Positions 1-9,531 of a stretch of DNA of 40,814 nucleotides are shown here, piece by piece. The notes under the pieces were generated by a model. The model made no database searches. It saw nothing but the letters and a program-made list of their open reading frames with translations, and was not told the DNA's origin. Source of the DNA: a virus. Lineage: Duplodnaviria > Caudoviricetes. The position numbers and the translations under genes are program-made. The stretch lies in the IMG/VR virus record IMGVR_UViG_3300022697_000073, positions 1 to 40,814 of that record; one strand, written 5' to 3'. Every line of letters starts with the position of its first letter. Within the stretch, counting starts at the first letter, position 1.

Positions 1-99
1 CTCGTAAAGAGGCTGAAGAGGTTATTAACCTATACCATAATAGACATTATACTAGATCTCAACTTGCAACATTAAAAGATAGAGGTCAACCACCTGAAA
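1..99. repeat. 99-bp terminal overlap identical to 40716-40814 (circular assembly overlap)
   Basis: ctcgtaaagaggctgaag...ccacctgaaa occurs at both ends and lies inside a continuous ORF. Confidence 0.97.
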
Positions 100-1763
100 C
101 TTATAATGTTATTAAGTTATTTAGTAGACTTATGTTAGGTTATTTTTCAACCGTGGTAAATACAGTGAAAGTATCTCCAGTAGGTTATAATGATATATTA
201 ACCTCTTCTTTGCTGAATGATACAGTAGATTATACCATGAGAGATAATAACATGGAAACTGAGGGTGATAAAATAAAACTAGATGGGTTTTTAGCTGGGC
301 TAATGTGCACTTACACTGAGGTTGAAGACACAGGTAGAAAAGACCAGTTCGGAAGGTCTATACGTAAGATTTCAATTACTCATGTGCCACAAGAAGAAAT
401 AGCTATTGATCCCCTTAGTAGATTAGAAGACTATAGTGATGGCCGCTTTATACACAGGTTTAAATGGATCAGTAAAGAGCAGATATACAGTTTATTCAAA
501 GATAAGAAAGCTGAACTAGATAGTTTACAAGCCTACTATAATCATTTACGAGTAGAAGCTTCAGATTTTGAAAAAACTTATAACACAAGATTTCAAGGCT
601 TGTACAAACGTTATGATAACTACCTATTAGTTAATACTATTATAAAAGATGCTAAGGGCAGGACGTGGTCTATTTTTTGGTGTGGTGATAAAGAGTTAAG
701 CCGTGAAGAAATTACTTTTAAAGAAGTAAAATCTCCTTATAGAGTTCAAAAGTTAAATATAAGTAACAAAGCTGAATACTATGGTCTATTCAGAGAATGT
801 ATAGAAAGTCAGCATGCTATAAATCAAGCTATTCTTAAAATACAACTAATGGCTAGTACACAAAAAGCATTTGTTGAAGAAAAAGGTGCTGTAAATGATA
901 TAGCAGAATTTACAAGACAATTTAATAGAGTTAATGCTGTTATACCTGTTAAGAAACTATCAGGTATAAGAATTGAAAATATGTCTCGTGAAGTAGCAGA
1001 TCAGTACACAATTGTAGATAAAGCTTTAAATCGTATACAAAGAGTGTTAGGTATAAATGACAGCTTCTTAGGTATGGCATTTGCTTCTGATAGTGGCCGC
1101 AAGGTTAAGTTGCAACAAAATCAAACTACTATGTCACTTAGATATATATCTTTAAGAGTTGAACAATTCTACCGTCTATTAGGTTGGGATATAATAAATC
1201 TAGTTAAGCAGTACTATACTGCTCACCAAGTAATGCTTATAGCAGATGAAACAGTTGGAGAACGTTGGGCAGAGCTAAATAAACCTATGACGCAATGGAC
1301 AGGTAAGTTTGATACTCAAGGACAACCAATTATGGATTTTGTTTACGAGGAAGTGTTAGATCCTGCAACAGGTAAGCCTGAACTTACTAAAGAAGGTAAT
1401 GTTATAATGGCTCCTGTACCTACAGAAGAAACAGAGATAGCCTTTACTAATGTAGATGTTAAAATTGATAGCACCAATTATAATGATGAGGATGAGAAAA
1501 ACCAGCTGATGCTTGAAACTGTACTAGGTGGTAATATGGGTAACATGCTAGCTGAAACTAATCCAGCAGGTTATATGAAAGCTGCGGCCTTATTAATCAA
1601 ATCTATGAAAACAAAACACAGTATTGATGTTAGTAACATATATACTCAAACAGCTGAAATGCTATCTCAAACAGGTAAAGCAATACCTACTGATGGTGCT
1701 AAGCAGGGACAACCTAAAAGTCAATCTCTTAAGCTTCCTCAAAATACGAATGAGGGTGCATAA
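1..1763 (+). CDS. Portal protein, C-terminal part; the gene starts at 40652 and spans the junction (~608 aa)
   Basis: ATG at 40652 gives MKTDNKTLQDLF...DRGQPPETYNVIKLFSRL, in frame with the 132..1763 ORF. Size, N-terminal RGQP-x-E-x-x-N motif and the IDP/SGRKV segments resemble P22-like podophage portals. Confidence 0.85.
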   Translation, partial: RKEAEEVINLYHNRHYTRSQLATLKDRGQPPETYNVIKLFSRLMLGYFSTVVNTVKVSPVGYNDILTSSLLNDTVDYTMRDNNMETEGDKIKLDGFLAGLMCTYTEVEDTGRKDQFGRSIRKISITHVPQEEIAIDPLSRLEDYSDGRFIHRFKWISKEQIYSLFKDKKAELDSLQAYYNHLRVEASDFEKTYNTRFQGLYKRYDNYLLVNTIIKDAKGRTWSIFWCGDKELSREEITFKEVKSPYRVQKLNISNKAEYYGLFRECIESQHAINQAILKIQLMASTQKAFVEEKGAVNDIAEFTRQFNRVNAVIPVKKLSGIRIENMSREVADQYTIVDKALNRIQRVLGINDSFLGMAFASDSGRKVKLQQNQTTMSLRYISLRVEQFYRLLGWDIINLVKQYYTAHQVMLIADETVGERWAELNKPMTQWTGKFDTQGQPIMDFVYEEVLDPATGKPELTKEGNVIMAPVPTEETEIAFTNVDVKIDSTNYNDEDEKNQLMLETVLGGNMGNMLAETNPAGYMKAAALLIKSMKTKHSIDVSNIYTQTAEMLSQTGKAIPTDGAKQGQPKSQSLKLPQNTNEGA

Positions 1764-3181
1764 TGGCAGGTATAATACAATCAATCCTTAAAAAGGTTAT
1801 AAAAGAACAAGCAGGTAAAGCTTTCAAAGCTCAGTCTATTCTTAATGCTCTTAAGAATAGAGGAGTTAAGGATAGTGAACTTGAAGCAAGTGGTGTTAAG
1901 GCCTTTGTTTCTGAGTTTAAACCTAATGAGAAAGTTAAAATAAATGATCTTAGCAAAGTATTAGATAAAAGAACAGATAAGCTTAAGGCAGCGGATATGT
2001 CAACATCTAACTATATACGCATCAGAGAAAGCAGTTTTAAAAAATTCAACCCTCATGATGAATTTGGTACTGCCGAACAATACAAACCAGAAGTAATAAG
2101 AGCTTTAGGTAAGTATGCAAGAGGAGATATGACAAAAGGTAGATTAATAAATATTTTACGCGATACAAGTAATAGTCCTGGTAATTTAACAAGCCTTTCA
2201 ATAGATAATAGAATTGAAGCAGCCCTTAAAGATTTAGCAACCAAAAAGAACCCTTATTCTGTTTATACAGCTAAGGTATTTACAAAGGGAGAACCTACAG
2301 GAGTACATACTCATTTTAGATCTGTTCCTGACTATTACTCTCACGTTAGATATACAGATGTTCCTAATGAAGGTCGTTACGTGCATGAAATACAGTCTGA
2401 TGTGCATGGGGCAGGAGAGAAAGCGTCTAAAGTCAATAATGGATATACACAAGAGATTGCTAAAAGAGCAAAGATTTTACAAGACAAGTATTTTGCATCT
2501 AGTGGGACTGAAAAGCTTAAAAATTTAACTTCTATGCTTACAGAGGGAAATCCTCCAGAAAGCAGAGTAATGCGTAGTTTATTTGTTGGTGATTATGCTG
2601 ATCCTTCTTCAACACTTAAAAGTCGTTTTAGAAGGAGCGTAATGAAAGATTTAAGTGACTTGGTTAATATACCAGACTATATAATAAACGAAATGGCTCC
2701 ATTCACTGCTAAAGACCCCAACTATCTTAAAAGTACGATTAATAAAGTATTAGTTGATGGGGTAAATGAAGGCCAACAGACTGTTAAGTTTAGAATTGCC
2801 GAAGACAAAGATCTATATCGTTCTAAGGGTGTTCAGAACTGGTATGAAACAGATGTTGTAAATACATTGAGGAAGACTGCTAAGAAGATTGGTGCTAAAG
2901 CTAATATGACTCCTGATGGGTACATGCAAGTAGACTTGCCTAAGAAAGACTTTAGCTTACCCTTATATTCTACGGCTGGTGTAAGTGTATTAGCTGCTTC
3001 TGCAACAACAAAAGCTCAAGCGGCTGAACTACCTAGTCAATTAAAACAAGCAAGAGACAATGGCTATTCAGATAAAGAAATCAGAGACTACCTAAAGAGT
3101 AAACAATATGATCCTAATGTGTTAGATAGAGCATTTAATAGTAAAAGAAACTTTAACGATGTATTGAAAGGCTTACAATAA
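1763..3181 (+). CDS. Putative internal virion/ejection protein with HEIQSD motif
   Basis: 472 aa, coupled to the portal stop. H-x-HF...HVRY...YVHEIQSD motif recalls large phage virion proteins; C-terminal GYSDKEI helical motif. Confidence 0.5.
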   Translation: MAGIIQSILKKVIKEQAGKAFKAQSILNALKNRGVKDSELEASGVKAFVSEFKPNEKVKINDLSKVLDKRTDKLKAADMSTSNYIRIRESSFKKFNPHDEFGTAEQYKPEVIRALGKYARGDMTKGRLINILRDTSNSPGNLTSLSIDNRIEAALKDLATKKNPYSVYTAKVFTKGEPTGVHTHFRSVPDYYSHVRYTDVPNEGRYVHEIQSDVHGAGEKASKVNNGYTQEIAKRAKILQDKYFASSGTEKLKNLTSMLTEGNPPESRVMRSLFVGDYADPSSTLKSRFRRSVMKDLSDLVNIPDYIINEMAPFTAKDPNYLKSTINKVLVDGVNEGQQTVKFRIAEDKDLYRSKGVQNWYETDVVNTLRKTAKKIGAKANMTPDGYMQVDLPKKDFSLPLYSTAGVSVLAASATTKAQAAELPSQLKQARDNGYSDKEIRDYLKSKQYDPNVLDRAFNSKRNFNDVLKGLQ

Positions 3182-6100
3182 TGGCTACAATAGTACAAGA
3201 AGACCCTAACGCTCCTAATCCATTAGGTATTAACTTACCTAAGTTTGGTACTCAAGACCAACAAATAGAGCCTCAAAAGGACACAAGTTTTCATCTAACT
3301 GTTGGTGGTCAACCTCGTTCACCTGGAGCAGAGAATTTTAACTCTATGATTAATAGGACTGCTGCAGGTACACAAACAGATACACCTAGTGTGCAAACAG
3401 ATGTATCTAGTACACAAACAGATGTATCTAGTAAAGACCCTAATCCATACACTTCTGATATTCAAGATGCTTTACAACAAGGTTATACTAAGGATGAGAT
3501 AAGTGGTTTCTTACAACAAAGTAAAGGTATAACTAAGGAAGACGCTGATTATAACATAGTTGACAGTGTGTCGTCTAAGATTAAAGAGGCTAGGAAAGTT
3601 GGTCATAGCGACGAAACAATTAGAAACTACATGTTTGATAAAAACTATGATACTTCAGTTATCGATAAAGCTTTTGGTATATCAAAGAAGAGTAATAACT
3701 GGAGATTACTAGATTATGTGCCTGATGTAAATATAGATCCTAAGGAGAGTGCACAGTCAATAGTAGATATGTATGATAATATTCATAGTAAATACTCAAC
3801 TGATTTAACAAGTTTTAGGGGTCTCTTTGATGAACGTAAAGCTATTGAAGCAAGACGAGATTCTAATAAACTAAGTAGAGGTATTGTAAAAAGCTTGCAA
3901 GATCATGGCTTTGACGCTTCTCTAAACGAGGATAATGAAGTTGTTGTTACTGATGAACAAGGCAAAGCTAAAGTAATGGAAAGTTCATTCTTTGGCTCTA
4001 TGTTAGCCGCCAAAGCTGAACTTATAGGTGGGGGGTATGGCATGGCTGTAGGTGCTGCTGTAGGTGCTGCTGTAGGTTCTGCTGTAGGTTCTGCTGTAGG
4101 TGCTGCAACTCCTATACCAGGTGGAGCATTCCTGTTTGGCATAGCTGGTGAGGCTATTGGTGCTGGCCTTAGTAAACCACTAGATATGTTTGTCAACGCA
4201 GCAAGACTAAAAGAACATATAGATCGCAACTTATATTTAGCTCAAATGGAACAGTCAGGAGCAGCTGGTGCAGTGTATAATGTTATTGGCTCCGCAGGCT
4301 TCAAACTAGTCTCAATGGTTGCAAAAGGCGTTATGAAAGCTTATAAGTATACCATTGGTGGCAACATGGAAGGGTCAATTAAAATATTAAGAGAAAAGGG
4401 CAACTTTTCTATAGAAGAAGCTCAAGATATAACACGGGGATGGCTAGCTAGTTTAGAGTATACTCCAACTGTAAGAAAAGGTGTTATAGGCAGAGCACAA
4501 GCTAAATTAGCTGGTTACTTTGTAGATAATACTAACTTAGCTATACCATCAGATAGACGATTAATGACTCCTATTGAGCAACAACTATCTGCATTAGCCT
4601 TAACGCAACAAGGACTTACAAAGGTCGTTGCTGAAACAGCTGGTAAAGGTATTAAAACTGCTAATATTGTTAAACGAGGTATAGACAAGAGATCGAAGGA
4701 TGTACAAAAGTTAATCTCTCTTAATGATAATCCTAATGCGGGCTATGCGGTTAGAAAAGAGCTTAAAAAATACCGAGATGATGTTAAAGATTTTTACGGT
4801 GAAGTTAAACAAGAAGGAGGTTCCTTAGTTGATGGTACAGACTTTAGATTTAATTATGATGAGTTAGCCATAGACCCAATAGCAGAAGGTATAGGTAAAC
4901 AAATAGTTGACCCTACTTTGCAAGCTAATTTCCTAGGTTATTTAGGTAGGATAGAACAGGTTTCTAAAGTAAGAACATTTACAGGTCTTATAGATCTACG
5001 ACAAGCTGTAAATGTTTTTAAACATAATATAGCTAAAAAAGTAAACAAACCTGCAGAAGCTGCAGTTAACAAAGTGTTAAACAAAATAGACTCTCAGATT
5101 GCTAAAGCAGCTAGGACTTATATACCTCATAGTAAGCAGTGGATGGTCGATTTTAAATTAGCTAAGTCTGAGTACTCTAAAATGAAAGTACTAGAAAAAA
5201 ATGCATTGTACAAAGATATCACTAGAGGTATGAAAGATCTTAATGGTAAGCGCAGTGGTGGTACGGAAGCAGCAATAAGAAAAAGTATATCTAAGTATTC
5301 AAGTACTAATCAAGTTGAACAAGAGACTTATAATGCTGTGCATGACATATTAGGTGATAGAGCTGCTAATGACATGGAAATTGCGGCTATTAAAAACTTA
5401 GTGGATAAGCACACCATAGGTGATGTAACTACTAAGCAGGCTACTAACTTTCCAGCTCTCGCAGAAGAGTTAAGAACATTAAATATTGTTCACCCTGCCA
5501 GCAGAAATACTATTAAAGTTATTAACAATTTAGCAAAAGTATTTAAGAACGACATTGACTTATCAGGTATAAATCCAGGTATGTCTTTTGAGCGTGTTGT
5601 ATCTGCAATGAGTGACTCTCAACTAGCTATGCTTAAGTTTACCTTAGCTAGGAAAATATTTAACTTATCTCAACGTGCTCTACCTACAGAAAATGCAAAG
5701 AAACTTGCTTTAACTGCGAACTTAGATAGATTATTACAAGAACCACTTAGTACTAAAGCAGCAGATAACTTATACAGATCTTTACCTAAGGGTGCGTATC
5801 AACCAGATATTGAGTCTTATGTTAAAAGTTTACGCAACTTAGTAGCTAAGCAGCCTGTTGTAAAGAAAAGTACTGTTCGTATGTATAAAAGATCTAAGTC
5901 AGGTAAGCTAGTTGTAACTAATGGTACACTTGGTAAGGGTATTTATTTAGTTGATAAGATTAAAAACCCTACCTCTGAAATGAACATTATAGGCCACGAA
6001 GTTGATATATCAAAGCTAGCTACTAAAGATGTTATATCTGGTATAGTTGGCGTTACAGATATAAATGTTAAAGACATAAAGAATGTACCTGGTTTGAGAC

Positions 6101-6204
6101 AAGAACTTGTAAACCGTGGCTATACAGGCATAAGATTAGAAGGTAGAGTAATGCTATTCCCTGATAAACCAGACAATGTAATAAATCTTAAGGGAGATAA
6201 GTAA
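3181..6204 (+). CDS. Large internal virion/ejection protein with glycine-zipper segment and possible degenerate ART-like C-terminus
   Basis: 1007 aa, largely helical character; GGGYGMAVGAAVGAAVGSAVGSAVGAA segment; located in the structural operon. Confidence 0.6.
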   Translation: MATIVQEDPNAPNPLGINLPKFGTQDQQIEPQKDTSFHLTVGGQPRSPGAENFNSMINRTAAGTQTDTPSVQTDVSSTQTDVSSKDPNPYTSDIQDALQQGYTKDEISGFLQQSKGITKEDADYNIVDSVSSKIKEARKVGHSDETIRNYMFDKNYDTSVIDKAFGISKKSNNWRLLDYVPDVNIDPKESAQSIVDMYDNIHSKYSTDLTSFRGLFDERKAIEARRDSNKLSRGIVKSLQDHGFDASLNEDNEVVVTDEQGKAKVMESSFFGSMLAAKAELIGGGYGMAVGAAVGAAVGSAVGSAVGAATPIPGGAFLFGIAGEAIGAGLSKPLDMFVNAARLKEHIDRNLYLAQMEQSGAAGAVYNVIGSAGFKLVSMVAKGVMKAYKYTIGGNMEGSIKILREKGNFSIEEAQDITRGWLASLEYTPTVRKGVIGRAQAKLAGYFVDNTNLAIPSDRRLMTPIEQQLSALALTQQGLTKVVAETAGKGIKTANIVKRGIDKRSKDVQKLISLNDNPNAGYAVRKELKKYRDDVKDFYGEVKQEGGSLVDGTDFRFNYDELAIDPIAEGIGKQIVDPTLQANFLGYLGRIEQVSKVRTFTGLIDLRQAVNVFKHNIAKKVNKPAEAAVNKVLNKIDSQIAKAARTYIPHSKQWMVDFKLAKSEYSKMKVLEKNALYKDITRGMKDLNGKRSGGTEAAIRKSISKYSSTNQVEQETYNAVHDILGDRAANDMEIAAIKNLVDKHTIGDVTTKQATNFPALAEELRTLNIVHPASRNTIKVINNLAKVFKNDIDLSGINPGMSFERVVSAMSDSQLAMLKFTLARKIFNLSQRALPTENAKKLALTANLDRLLQEPLSTKAADNLYRSLPKGAYQPDIESYVKSLRNLVAKQPVVKKSTVRMYKRSKSGKLVVTNGTLGKGIYLVDKIKNPTSEMNIIGHEVDISKLATKDVISGIVGVTDINVKDIKNVPGLRQELVNRGYTGIRLEGRVMLFPDKPDNVINLKGDK
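4045..4107 (+). repeat. 12-bp tandem repeat gctgtaggt(g/t)ct, about 5 copies, encoding AVG(A/S)
   Basis: Directly visible in the sequence. Confidence 0.9.
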
Positions 6205-6205
6205 T

Positions 6206-6562
6206 ATGACATATAGATATGACTTAATAATAGAAAAGAAAGCTAAGTATTATCAAGAATTTCAACAATTAGAGGGCGATGGTATAACACCTATCCCTTA
6301 TACAACTAAGACTTTAAAATGTACTATAAAAGAGTCCTATGAGACTACAACAACTTTACATGATCTAACAGAAGCTAATGGTGGTGTAATAAGAGTTGAT
6401 GAAACTACTGGTACTTTTGCTATACAAATTGACGCAGATCAAACTAATGTAACTCCAGATTTTGCTGTTTACGATATCATAGCTATGACAACTACTGCGC
6501 CTACCACAGATATAGAAAGATTGATAGAAGGTAAAATTACTTACACAGAAGGAGTTACGTAA
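6206..6562 (+). CDS. Putative tail-fibre adaptor (BppU-N-like beta protein)
   Basis: 118 aa; [12 protein letters not shown]...AVYDI...RLIEGKI pattern; directly upstream of the fibre gene. Confidence 0.5.
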   Translation: MTYRYDLIIEKKAKYYQEFQQLEGDGITPIPYTTKTLKCTIKESYETTTTLHDLTEANGGVIRVDETTGTFAIQIDADQTNVTPDFAVYDIIAMTTTAPTTDIERLIEGKITYTEGVT

Positions 6563-6564
6563 AT

Positions 6565-7740
6565 ATGGCAGATACTATACTAATTGTTAAAGGTGGCCAG
6601 CAAGGTTCCTTAGGCCCAGTTGGTGCTACAGGTCCAACAGGTCCAACAGGTGCAGTGGGTGCTACAGGTTCTCAAGGTCCTCTAGGCATAACGGGTGCTA
6701 CAGGTCCAACAGGTCCAACAGGTGCTACAGGTCCAACAGGTCCAACAGGTGCTACAGGTCCAGCAGGCAGTGGGTTGGCTAGCTTGTTTGACGATAGTGC
6801 GCCAAAACTAAGAGCTGCATTGGATAGTAATGGGCAGGCTATAAATGGTAATTCTACTGCAGGAGGTAACTTAACTTTAGGCTCAACCTCCAATGCAACC
6901 AAGGGTACAATTATAATAGGTGATGCTACTTTTGGGTTGTTTGTTAACAGTTCTAATAATGTAGGGATAGGTGTAACACCTACAGAAAAGTTGCACGTCA
7001 ATGGTGTAGTAAAGGCAACGACTTTAAAACTCACTGCTTTAACTAATCAAATTTTGCTATCCTCTGATAGCACTTACGTTGGTACAATCAATATTGCTAC
7101 ATTATCAGCAAATAGAGCCTGGAAATATCCTAACAATAGTGGAACGGTTGTGCTTACGTCTAATAGTAGTACAATGTCAGCTAAAACAATGGATTATAAT
7201 AACAACACGTTTCAAAACTTTCCAATGGCCAATGCAACATATAGAACTATCGCACAAGCCTCATCAGGCTACAGAGATATAGACTCCCCGGGTTTTCCAA
7301 GTCTATATTTTATATCTAGTGGAGGCGACGGTTTAGTTGATGTAGGTGGGCCAGGAGACAGTAGGACTACCCCAGTCGCTATATATATAGACCCTGCTGA
7401 CTACCCTACAGTGGGTACGTTAGCAGCTAAACTAAGGATAAGAGCTCAGATACTCATAAATGATACTGCACCGGCAGGTGATTTTACCGTGGGTTTATAC
7501 CCATTTACCATCCTTGGTGGTGGTGCTGATACTATTACGCTTACTTTAGGTACATTGGTCACTGGTAGCAGCACAACTACGTTAGTTGCACCCTCTGCCC
7601 TAAGCGCTAACACTATAGTAGGTACGGATTTCGCTATGCCCTCAGCAGGCAATTATATACTTGGTATAACTTCAACGGCAGCGCCTGCATTTGGATCTCA
7701 AGTAGGTATAAACTTACAACTGCAAATGAGAAACAACTAG
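6565..7740 (+). CDS. Collagen-like tail fibre / receptor-binding protein
   Basis: G-X-Y repeats (GATGPTGPT)n; [16 protein letters not shown] fibre motif; beta-rich C-terminus. Confidence 0.75.
   Translation: MADTILIVKGGQQGSLGPVGATGPTGPTGAVGATGSQGPLGITGATGPTGPTGATGPTGPTGATGPAGSGLASLFDDSAPKLRAALDSNGQAINGNSTAGGNLTLGSTSNATKGTIIIGDATFGLFVNSSNNVGIGVTPTEKLHVNGVVKATTLKLTALTNQILLSSDSTYVGTINIATLSANRAWKYPNNSGTVVLTSNSSTMSAKTMDYNNNTFQNFPMANATYRTIAQASSGYRDIDSPGFPSLYFISSGGDGLVDVGGPGDSRTTPVAIYIDPADYPTVGTLAAKLRIRAQILINDTAPAGDFTVGLYPFTILGGGADTITLTLGTLVTGSSTTTLVAPSALSANTIVGTDFAMPSAGNYILGITSTAAPAFGSQVGINLQLQMRNN
6622..6762 (+). repeat. 27-bp collagen-coding repeats ggtgctacaggtccaacaggtccaaca
   Basis: Directly visible in the sequence. 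Confidence 0.9.
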
Positions 7741-7782
7741 GTAAATTAAACAACATAAAATATTATAAGTTAGGAGACACAG

Positions 7783-8007
7783 ATGCAGAATAACGAGGTA
7801 TTAATAAAAATGTCTAGAGAAATGGGCGAAATGCATGGCACTTTAAAAACACACATTGAAAAACAAGATATTACTAATCATGCTTTATATGAGTTAAGTA
7901 AAGGCCACGATAAAGAGATAAAAAGTTTAAATGTTATAAAAAATAGATTACTAGGTTTAAGTTTAGTTGCTAGCTGTATAGCTGCACTAAGTGCAATATC
8001 AAAGTAA
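7783..8007 (+). CDS. Small coiled-coil protein with C-terminal TM helix, putative holin/lysis accessory
   Basis: 74 aa, hydrophobic C-terminus, AGGAG RBS, first gene of the lysis cluster. Confidence 0.45.
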   Translation: MQNNEVLIKMSREMGEMHGTLKTHIEKQDITNHALYELSKGHDKEIKSLNVIKNRLLGLSLVASCIAALSAISK

Positions 8008-8029
8008 TTAGCACAAGGAGTAAATAATA

Positions 8030-8416
8030 ATGAGCACTGTAAAACTTATTAGAGTAGTATCAACAGATAAAGCCACCTTTGGTAATCTAATATATAAGGA
8101 TATTCCCTTGGGTGTTACACTAGAGTTACCTTACAAAGATAACCAAACAGACATTTCTTGCATTCCTATGGGTACATATGAGGTTGAAAAGTATCACAGC
8201 CACAAGTACCCCGACGTGTGGAAGATAAAAGATGTACCAGGTAGAACTGACATTTTAATACACATAGGTAACTATCTTAAAGACACTCATGGCTGTGTTT
8301 TAGTAGCAACTAGTTTTAACAATGACAGCATCTCTAGTTCTGGCGTGGCTTTTAGAAAGCTTCGTAATATACTACCTGATAACTTTAGTTTAAAAGTAAG
8401 CAACTCACTATTTTAA
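8030..8416 (+). CDS. DUF5675-family protein, putative endolysin (L,D-peptidase-like)
   Basis: TLELP...SCIPMGTY...GRTDILIHIGN...DTHGCVLV motifs; flanked by holin-like genes. Confidence 0.75.
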   Translation: MSTVKLIRVVSTDKATFGNLIYKDIPLGVTLELPYKDNQTDISCIPMGTYEVEKYHSHKYPDVWKIKDVPGRTDILIHIGNYLKDTHGCVLVATSFNNDSISSSGVAFRKLRNILPDNFSLKVSNSLF

Positions 8417-8426
8417 GGAGAACACA

Positions 8427-8849
8427 ATGGCATTTGATCCAGTAACTGCAGCATTCGAAGTAGGTGGAAAACTACTAGACCGTATATTACCTGATAAAGA
8501 TAAAAGAGATAAAGCTAAGTTAGCTCTATTTGAGTTAAAACAAAATGGTGAATTAGCTAAACTTGCTTCTACAACAGATCTTGCAAAAGGCCAGCAAGCT
8601 ATAAATACGATTGAAGCAGGCCACAAAAGTTTATTCGTTGCAGGTTGGCGGCCTTCGATAGGTTGGACATGCAGCCTAGCTTTTCTTTATCACTTTGTAC
8701 TTCAACCTGTACTTGTATTTGCATTAACTGTGGCAGGCCAAACAATAACTGTACCAACCTTTGATATGCAATCGCTATTAACAGTTATGTTAGGTATGCT
8801 CGGCCTTGGTGGTCTACGTACTATTGAAAAAATAAAGAAAATTAGTTAG
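8427..8849 (+). CDS. Holin, GTA_holin_3TM-like family
   Basis: IN-x-x-EA...FVAGWRPSIGW...LLTVMLGMLGLGGLRTIEK signature. Confidence 0.85.
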   Translation: MAFDPVTAAFEVGGKLLDRILPDKDKRDKAKLALFELKQNGELAKLASTTDLAKGQQAINTIEAGHKSLFVAGWRPSIGWTCSLAFLYHFVLQPVLVFALTVAGQTITVPTFDMQSLLTVMLGMLGLGGLRTIEKIKKIS

Positions 8850-8857
8850 GAGTTACA

Positions 8858-9409
8858 ATGTCAATTTTATACCCTCTATACCTAGGTTTTGCTAGTAGAA
8901 TAGCTGGATCAAAATATAAATATGTCGGTCTACTTATGTATATACTTCCTTATGGTTTAATTCAAGATAATATATACTTTGGTTTACTGTCTATTATATG
9001 GGTATTCGCTTGGAAGATAACAGGTCACGCAGATGGCTTCCAGGATTATCAAAGGAAAAACTTTTTGTCTCCTTTTGTGTCTAAGTTTACAAACAAGTTA
9101 AATATAGACAGGGCTAGCCATTTATACGATAGTATTTTCTGGTTAACTAAAGGTACATTAATAGCCTTGTTACCTGCTGTTCTATCTTTGAACCCTTACA
9201 TACTTATAGCTTCTGCAATAGCTTATCCTCTAAGTTATCATTTAGGTTTTAATTACCTAGGTATTATGAAAGTAAAAGGTGAACCTTATACAGTTGGTAA
9301 CTTAAATATACCACCTAGGTTAAAGTTACCTTCTAAACTGTGGTTAGCTCCCACTGTATGGGGCGAGCTATTGGGTGGCGTTATATCCGGCTTAGGCTTT
9401 ATGATCTAA
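8858..9409 (+). CDS. Multi-pass membrane protein of unknown function
   Basis: 183 aa with several hydrophobic helices; last gene of the late unit. Confidence 0.6.
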   Translation: MSILYPLYLGFASRIAGSKYKYVGLLMYILPYGLIQDNIYFGLLSIIWVFAWKITGHADGFQDYQRKNFLSPFVSKFTNKLNIDRASHLYDSIFWLTKGTLIALLPAVLSLNPYILIASAIAYPLSYHLGFNYLGIMKVKGEPYTVGNLNIPPRLKLPSKLWLAPTVWGELLGGVISGLGFMI

Positions 9410-9433
9410 TTAACTTACTATTTTACATATTAC

Positions 9434-9527
9434 AGTCTCCAAATTCGTCCACAGGATCAATATTATTTTTGGCTTATGATTATATACAAAACTAATAATA
9501 TTGATTGTGTGATCAAATTTGGAGACT
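9434..9527. repeat. Imperfect palindromic element, copy A, at the convergence of late and early transcription units
   Basis: Arms agtctccaaatt/aatttggagact and atcaatattatt/aataatattgat; 36-bp core identical to 27671-27706. Confidence 0.85.
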
Positions 9528-9531
9528 TATT

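Noticed and set aside
3903-4229. Antisense ORFs here and at 6672-7034, 30055-30396, 39989-40249 and similar
   Set aside because: They are shadows of well-supported genes, open because of codon bias or repeats, with no RBS or motifs.
6565-7740. Diversity-generating retroelement target in the fibre genes
   Set aside because: No reverse transcriptase, and no template/variable repeat pair was noticed.
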